Source of the DNA: a virus | Length of the DNA stretch: 64,000 nt | Virus record (IMG/VR): IMGVR_UViG_3300044658_000141 | Location: 39,077-103,076 of that record | Direction: 5' to 3' (one strand) | Shown: one piece after another, positions 58,876 to 64,000 of the stretch | Layout: every line of letters starts with the position of its first letter | Numbering within the stretch: position 1 is the first letter of the stretch | The notes under the pieces: generated by a model | Seen by the model: the letters and a program-made list of their open reading frames with translations, nothing else | The model's database searches: none | What the model was told of the DNA's origin: nothing | Made by a program: the position numbers and the translations under genes

Positions 58876-60690
58876 CTAAATGGCTTGTCTTTGTTGCATT
58901 CTGGCTAATCGCTCTTGAATTGCAGCATCCATTGCCGCTGCTTTTTCTGCTGTCTGCTCTTGTTGGGCAGGAGAAGCTGGACGTATTGGTGTTACGTTGT
59001 TTTTACTTCGCTTCACAATGGTCTGAGCAAACATCTGAAGCAAGGCATAAGCACCGAAACGGCTTTTATTATTTGGTTGCGACCAATATTTATCATGCTT
59101 CACGCTATAATCCCAAACAAAACTGAAATCATCCCAAGTACTACCCTCTTCTGTGTTCTGCTCATATTGCGCTACATAGAGCATATGTGCAAGTGTAATA
59201 CATGCTGTGTTTTCGTCAATAATTTGTTTCGTTGTTGCGCGATTCTGGAGAGAATACCCCCGGCGCTGATTGACCCAGACATGCAACTCTTTGCGCAGGG
59301 CTAACTCTTCATCTGGCACAACTGGCTTAACCTTCTTGGGCTTCTCAGCACTGCCGGCACCCTTGCCGCCACGAGTACGAGCAGGCTTTGCTGGTTCGGG
59401 AGTAGCAGGTACGGCAGGTTTTGTAGTCGAATTCGGGCTATAAGAATTGTCGCGCAATTTTTCGTTAGCAGTGCCCTGCGTCGGCTCTGCACCTATTGTT
59501 TCACCATCGCGAAGATTTTCGTTAGTTACACCAGTTGCCACTCCAGAACGAGTATCGCCAGCAGTGCCGTCGAGATGGTTGTTCCCCACAACAGCACTGC
59601 TCGCATCCTGCCGTAGATCCGTAGCCGAATGAGTATCTGGATGACGAGATAGATTGTCCAGATCACCATCACGGCTATCCATTGAATGGGCGCGATCTTC
59701 ATGGATGTCCTCTTTCTCAGATGCGGTTTCTTGGCTCTGTGGCGTGAATTCTGGCACTTGTGTGTTGAGACTCCCAACGCTACGACTCTCTTGCACAGGA
59801 GACACGCTAGCCTCAACAGGTGGCTCTTGTGCGGTATTCTGATTAGAGGGGGTGTCAGAAAATCTCCCGGCTGAAGTGGGGGATGCACCACCCTTTGGCA
59901 GAGTGTTTGTTGAGCCACCAGGATCGGTTGTATTTTGCATGTTGCCCTGGTAGGGTGTGCCATTCAATCGATTCAGTTCTGCTTGAAGTCGAGCGATTTG
60001 TTTTTCAATTTCTTCTGGCGAGGGTGTGGCGTTGTTTTTGTCTGACGACAAAACACTATTATTCTCTAAAGTAATATCTCTTTTATATCTCTTATTCTCT
60101 GTGTTTTGAGAATTGCCATCTGAGCCATCTTGAGAACTAGGTTTACGACCTCTTTGGCAATTAGAAATTTTTCTAGTATGAATTAGAACTTTTTCTAATT
60201 GCGATAAGAAATATTTCTTATCAATTAGAGATTTTTCTAATTCAGGTTTACCAATAAGAAATTTTTCTAATTGCGTAATGTCAATAAGAAATTTTTCTAA
60301 TTGCGGTTGGGATTCCTGGTTAGAAATGTATAAAGCCAGGGCCTGACGTATGACAACCAAATCGATGGTATAGCGATTGCTCTTTAATTGCTCCTCTAGA
60401 TCAAGAAAACCAGCAAGTTGCAGTGTTGGCACTGCAACATCATGCAACGTTTTCTCGCTAATATCACCGCACATATCCCTTACTAGTTGCTCCTGTGTGC
60501 GATACATGGTAAATGTAGGCTCTTGCTCGTTACACTTCCGGGCGTGGTAAAGAAATGTGCTCAGAAGTTTTGCAGCAGGGTAAATGTTGCGGCAAAACCT
60601 GAGTAGGCAGGGCCGCACAATAAGAATTTGCTCATTAGGGAACACAAAACCAGTCTTGAGATTTTCTTGCTTGTCTACATCTTGCGTCAT
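58876..60690 (-). CDS. Phage replication initiator (N-terminal wHTH, internal iterons, long disordered linker)
   Basis: Upstream of the DnaC-like loaders; internal LEKFLI repeats coincide with DNA iterons. Confidence 0.7.
   Translation of the reverse strand: MTQDVDKQENLKTGFVFPNEQILIVRPCLLRFCRNIYPAAKLLSTFLYHARKCNEQEPTFTMYRTQEQLVRDMCGDISEKTLHDVAVPTLQLAGFLDLEEQLKSNRYTIDLVVIRQALALYISNQESQPQLEKFLIDITQLEKFLIGKPELEKSLIDKKYFLSQLEKVLIHTRKISNCQRGRKPSSQDGSDGNSQNTENKRYKRDITLENNSVLSSDKNNATPSPEEIEKQIARLQAELNRLNGTPYQGNMQNTTDPGGSTNTLPKGGASPTSAGRFSDTPSNQNTAQEPPVEASVSPVQESRSVGSLNTQVPEFTPQSQETASEKEDIHEDRAHSMDSRDGDLDNLSRHPDTHSATDLRQDASSAVVGNNHLDGTAGDTRSGVATGVTNENLRDGETIGAEPTQGTANEKLRDNSYSPNSTTKPAVPATPEPAKPARTRGGKGAGSAEKPKKVKPVVPDEELALRKELHVWVNQRRGYSLQNRATTKQIIDENTACITLAHMLYVAQYEQNTEEGSTWDDFSFVWDYSVKHDKYWSQPNNKSRFGAYALLQMFAQTIVKRSKNNVTPIRPASPAQQEQTAEKAAAMDAAIQERLARMQQRQAI
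59526..59702 (-). CDS. Overprinted 58-aa two-TM peptide inside the replication gene
   Basis: AAAGAGGA RBS before ATG 59702; MKIAPIQWIAVMVIWTIYLVIQILIRL...LLWGTTISTALLAILVLEWQLV. Confidence 0.5.
   Translation of the reverse strand: MKIAPIQWIAVMVIWTIYLVIQILIRLRIYGRMRAVLLWGTTISTALLAILVLEWQLV
60160..60304. repeat. Six near-palindromic iterons (AGAAATTTTTCT consensus), likely replication origin
   Basis: Copies at 60163, 60185, 60207, 60227, 60257 and 60287 in an AT-rich tract inside the initiator gene (lambda O-like layout). Confidence 0.75.
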
Positions 60691-60702
60691 TGCTCCATGC
60701 CA

Positions 60703-61434
60703 TCACTTTCCATCTATATTTTTATCGTTATCTTGCCAGTCTTGAGCCGTTTGCTCAAAGGTATAGGGATAATTTTCATTGGGAGCAAACAACTTCTGTT
60801 CCCAGGCAGCCATAATCATTTCACAAATCTTGAGAAGATCATCTTCAGAGATATAGCGTTCTTTGCCTGTGATATTGCGATCCATAATTCCGGCTGCGAG
60901 TACGATTGCTGCTCCCGGTGGCATATTTTGTGAGCGGACAAGTGGAGCAAGGTAGTCCATCGCTACCTTTGCATGTGTGGCTATCCACTCTGGAGAATAG
61001 ATATCCGGGTCTCCACCTTGAAGGATTTTATTGGTGAGAGGCATGCTCTTAAAAATTTTGAAGCCATCATAAAAATCTTGTGGTGTAGTGGAAGTTATGG
61101 CATGCCAGTAAAGAAGAGCGAAGCGTTTATTAAACTTTTCCTCAAGATAATCCAGTATCAATATGTGAGGGTCATTTCTCATCTGAATCTCTTGAGTCGT
61201 GCCGTCTCCCATATCAAGATGTAAGGGTTGCCTGACAAGGAACGGTACTTTTCCCTCATGGATGTCTTGCATATATTGCGCGATCTCATAAGGGACTCTC
61301 TTTTTCAATGCTTCTTGAATAAGCTCAATCTCTTCTTCATTGCAGGAGAAGTCAGCGCGTAATGTCTGAAGAATTGTGGGGATAATTCCGATATTCCCTA
61401 TATGGCGTCTTTTTTGGCGATTGCGTTTACTCAT
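60703..61434 (-). CDS. Hypothetical protein
   Basis: GGAGGTG RBS; first gene of the replication operon. Confidence 0.55.
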   Translation of the reverse strand: MSKRNRQKRRHIGNIGIIPTILQTLRADFSCNEEEIELIQEALKKRVPYEIAQYMQDIHEGKVPFLVRQPLHLDMGDGTTQEIQMRNDPHILILDYLEEKFNKRFALLYWHAITSTTPQDFYDGFKIFKSMPLTNKILQGGDPDIYSPEWIATHAKVAMDYLAPLVRSQNMPPGAAIVLAAGIMDRNITGKERYISEDDLLKICEMIMAAWEQKLFAPNENYPYTFEQTAQDWQDNDKNIDGK

Positions 61435-61474
61435 AAATACACCTCCAACCACCGCCCTTGCTTGATTGGTAACC

Positions 61475-61614
61475 TTGACTTTTTTGGGTAAAGTCAGGTA
61501 GAATCAAGCTTAGACGGCGTAGTGAACTAAGCCTGCTCCTTGGCTGCTGGTCACATTCGGGGAGCAGGTAAACTGCCGTAACACTATTCAGGCTGGTATC
61601 GGCCTCTTTTTTTT
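61475..61614 (+). ncRNA. Putative counter-transcript RNA in the replication-operon leader
   Basis: TTGACT-18-TAGAAT; hairpin 61532-61568; terminator AGGCTG/CGGCCT plus T8. Confidence 0.5.
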
Positions 61615-61795
61615 GCCCTCTAGTACTGGTTACTTTGTAAAAATTGTCTATATTGTCAATTCCCGCCATTGTTATGTATAATATTTCCAATAGCGTTGAA
61701 TGACTAAGATAATTTGTAACCTTGAACATATTATACGACTTGACATTTTGAATGTCAATGGTATAGAATACAGACATTGAGAGAGGTGATTTCTT

Positions 61796-62026
61796 ATGGC
61801 TAGGAGCGACAAAGTGTTGACGACAGATCAAGCCATGCATCGGTTGAATATTAGCCGAGGAACATTTTTTACCAGAATAAAAGAGCATGGAATTAAGCCA
61901 GCGAATTATAATCCGAATTTGAAAAAGCAACATAATCCTGTGTGGAGGCAGGCAGATGTTGACACGTTGGGGGTTCCTATCAATGTTGAGGATGGCGAGG
62001 AACCCCATCCCGTGATAGCTGCGTGA
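61796..62026 (+). CDS. HTH DNA-binding protein
   Basis: LTTDQAMHRLNISRGTF...W...DV; GAGGTG RBS; divergent from the replication operon. Confidence 0.7.
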   Translation: MARSDKVLTTDQAMHRLNISRGTFFTRIKEHGIKPANYNPNLKKQHNPVWRQADVDTLGVPINVEDGEEPHPVIAA

Positions 62027-62173
62027 AACGCGAAATAATTGAGAAAGGAGGGATTGGAGCGTCCCTCTTTTTTTGTGCTCGCAACTACCCGAACTGCGCC
62101 GAGCGGAGTAGCCCAGTGAGCGAGTGGAGCGTGGTGGTGAAATAGTAGACATGGTTCACTTCCGTTGAAATAG

Positions 62174-63416
62174 TTATTCAGAGATAAAGTGTCTTTCCTG
62201 TTTGGGCAGAGCTTGATGTGTGATCAATTTCTTCATCTTGTTGCTACACCACTTGCAGACGTTATGAGAGCCTGCGTCACGCTCTCGATAGTAGCGATGG
62301 CAGATCGTACAGGTGTGCATGGGTGGCCTGTGTGCTGATTCATGATCAAGAATGTAGTTAGCTTCACGGCTGTCTAGCATCTTCCAGAAGCCCCACGGTG
62401 CAAGCCCTTCGTAAGTAGCTAACAAGATATCCACTTCATGTTCCAGTAGTGGCCTGCCCTCGTTGCGATCCATTGCGCCTCTTGCCCAGGCGTAGCAATC
62501 CAGGCACAAATAATGGTCATAGACGATTTGCTGGTACGGAAAGCGATATTTACATTGCATACAGCGAAATTTGCCAAACATGCTATTGCTCTCCCTGCTT
62601 TATTCAATACTTGCGCGTGTTTGTGTGATGAGTAATTTGCCGTTTGCAATCAGCCTGGCCCGGATCACCAGATGCTCAAGTGGGAGCTTCAACCGTTCGT
62701 TGAGAGACGTTTCGATCTCGCGTGGTTTGTCCTCAACGAGTTCAATGGTGAACTGTGCTTGTGCCTCTGCCATGATGTATTCAGGATGTGGCTGCGTAGC
62801 TGTTTTCTCGGTGTAGTCGTAGGTGGTTGTGCTGTCCTGTTCGATCTTGAGCACGCGCCAGCCTGCAAAGTGCTGCTCCACCGTTTGCCGCAGGATTTGA
62901 TGCTGTTTGATGAGCGGTTGCGCGACCTCGATATCGAGTTCTGAGTGTCCATAGGGATAGAATTTATCTTGTAGCATTGGATTGCTCCTCCGTTAGCCTC
63001 AATTCAACATGACCCCTGATTTGATAGGGCAAGAGCTTTTTGTGCAGTGTTTTGAGATATTCCATGCCTGCTAGCTCATGCTTACCAAGGTCTTCTGCTT
63101 CAGCCAATTTCATATTTTTGATGATTTGATCGCCAAGAAGTGAGAGCAGGGTATAATACTCGGTTGCATCAAGAATGATCTTTTCCGGTGGCTCGATGCG
63201 TTTGAGCTTGATGATGTGTTCCATTGGATCGTCCTTTTCTGGAGCAATGGTTATCTCTATTGGTGTATATCCTGTGTAACTGATTCTCTTTTGCATGGCT
63301 CGCACCATCGTCCATGCGTTGGGTGGCTTAACAATGCCATTGATAATGTCGGCTTCGGCTATGGTTTCCCATCCAGCGCCGTTGTTGACTTGAAATTGGG
63401 CTTTTGGGTTATTCAT
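62174..63416 (-). CDS. Three hypothetical genes (62174-62581 Cys-rich, 62600-62977, 62964-63416)
   Basis: Tandem ORFs with RBSs. Confidence 0.5.
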
Positions 63417-63608
63417 TGTTGTGCTTCCCTTATGAAACTGTTAGGTCAACTTCAATACATTGCCGATGCATCTCCTCAATCACCAAGCGGCAAAAGGCGC
63501 GGCGCACGTGCGCTTTGATGGCCCTGTCACTGCCTGTGGTAAACTGGGTGATGCTGTATCCTTCGGAATGAAACTCAAAAATGCCATTGTCCTGATGGAT
63601 GTCCATAT

Positions 63609-63884
63609 TTATCTCCAAGTAATCACCGATCTCATCCAATCTAGCTCTTGCTGGATCGGCCAAAATAAAACATGTTCTGGCCTGCTTAGTTCAATAAAGT
63701 CGGTAATCAACGCTTGCTTGAAATCGGCTAGAGCTTCGCCTTTGGTGGGTCCAGAACCAAAAATAGTTGTGTGCTCACTGGTAACGGAGTACCAACCATC
63801 AATATCATGATGAATAGTTACTTCGATAGGCCGGGCAAACCTGCGATGTGATGGCAGTCTGCCAAAGAGACGGTGTTTGCTCAT
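63609..63884 (-). CDS. HicB-like fold small protein
   Basis: DGWYSV......GSGPT..EALADF...L pattern. Confidence 0.5.
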   Translation of the reverse strand: MSKHRLFGRLPSHRRFARPIEVTIHHDIDGWYSVTSEHTTIFGSGPTKGEALADFKQALITDFIELSRPEHVLFWPIQQELDWMRSVITWR

Positions 63885-64000
63885 GGTTGCGGCTCCTGCG
63901 CAAAATAAATAACATTCTCATCTTCCATCATCTGTGCGAGTTGGTGGCTCTCAAAACCGAGGCACAGCAAGTTGTAGAGTGACATCTCGTATTTGTGCTC

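Noticed and set aside
60160-60304. CRISPR-like repeats
   Set aside because: 12-bp units with 20-30 bp period inside the initiator gene; these are iterons.
1-64000. Integrase/att site, tail genes, reverse transcriptase, cas1/cas2/cas6
   Set aside because: None recognised in this window; they may lie outside it.

Overview
This window is part of a tailed dsDNA (Caudoviricetes-type) temperate phage genome. It most likely replicates as a plasmid-prophage: it has a ParM/ParR-like partition module with flanking repeats, an iteron-containing replication initiator and two DnaC/IstB-like loaders, and no integrase in the window. The gene style suggests a Ktedonobacteria/Chloroflexota host (inference only). 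Left arm (minus strand, 1-16.3 kb): major capsid (runs off the start), prohead protease/scaffold, a freestanding GIY-YIG endonuclease, a tRNA-like gene with an aberrant anticodon loop, a MuF-HAD fusion, an 1132-aa portal, terminases, a C5 DNA methyltransferase and a glycoside hydrolase. Middle: partition and membrane-ATPase module, an IS200/IS605 element (tnpA+tnpB), Nudix, ParB-Dam methylase plus nuclease, many small early genes behind divergent sigma70 promoters, a truncated tnpB remnant that keeps its omegaRNA end, and a lysis cassette. Right: a five-gene type IV-B CRISPR-Cas effector operon (csf1-cas11-csf2-csf3-cysH; no cas1/cas2/cas6/dinG), a papain-like protease, an AcrIII-1-like ring nuclease gene with a premature stop, a second tnpB element and the replication genes. 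The best candidate novel system centres on the type IV-B operon. (i) A 39-33-39 bp repeat-spacer-repeat lies ~1.3 kb upstream, and its spacer has a 17-nt exact match inside csf3. (ii) A ~250-nt multibranched structured sequence sits directly upstream of csf1. (iii) Csf1 has an overprinted C-terminal tail ending in the sliding-clamp motif QLDLF. Also notable are an 11-hairpin RNA-like array at 38.15-38.39 kb and a recurring GAGCC..GAGCCA / 42-nt leader-terminator element in front of late operons. All family calls come from motif recognition by eye; no database searches or folding programs were run.
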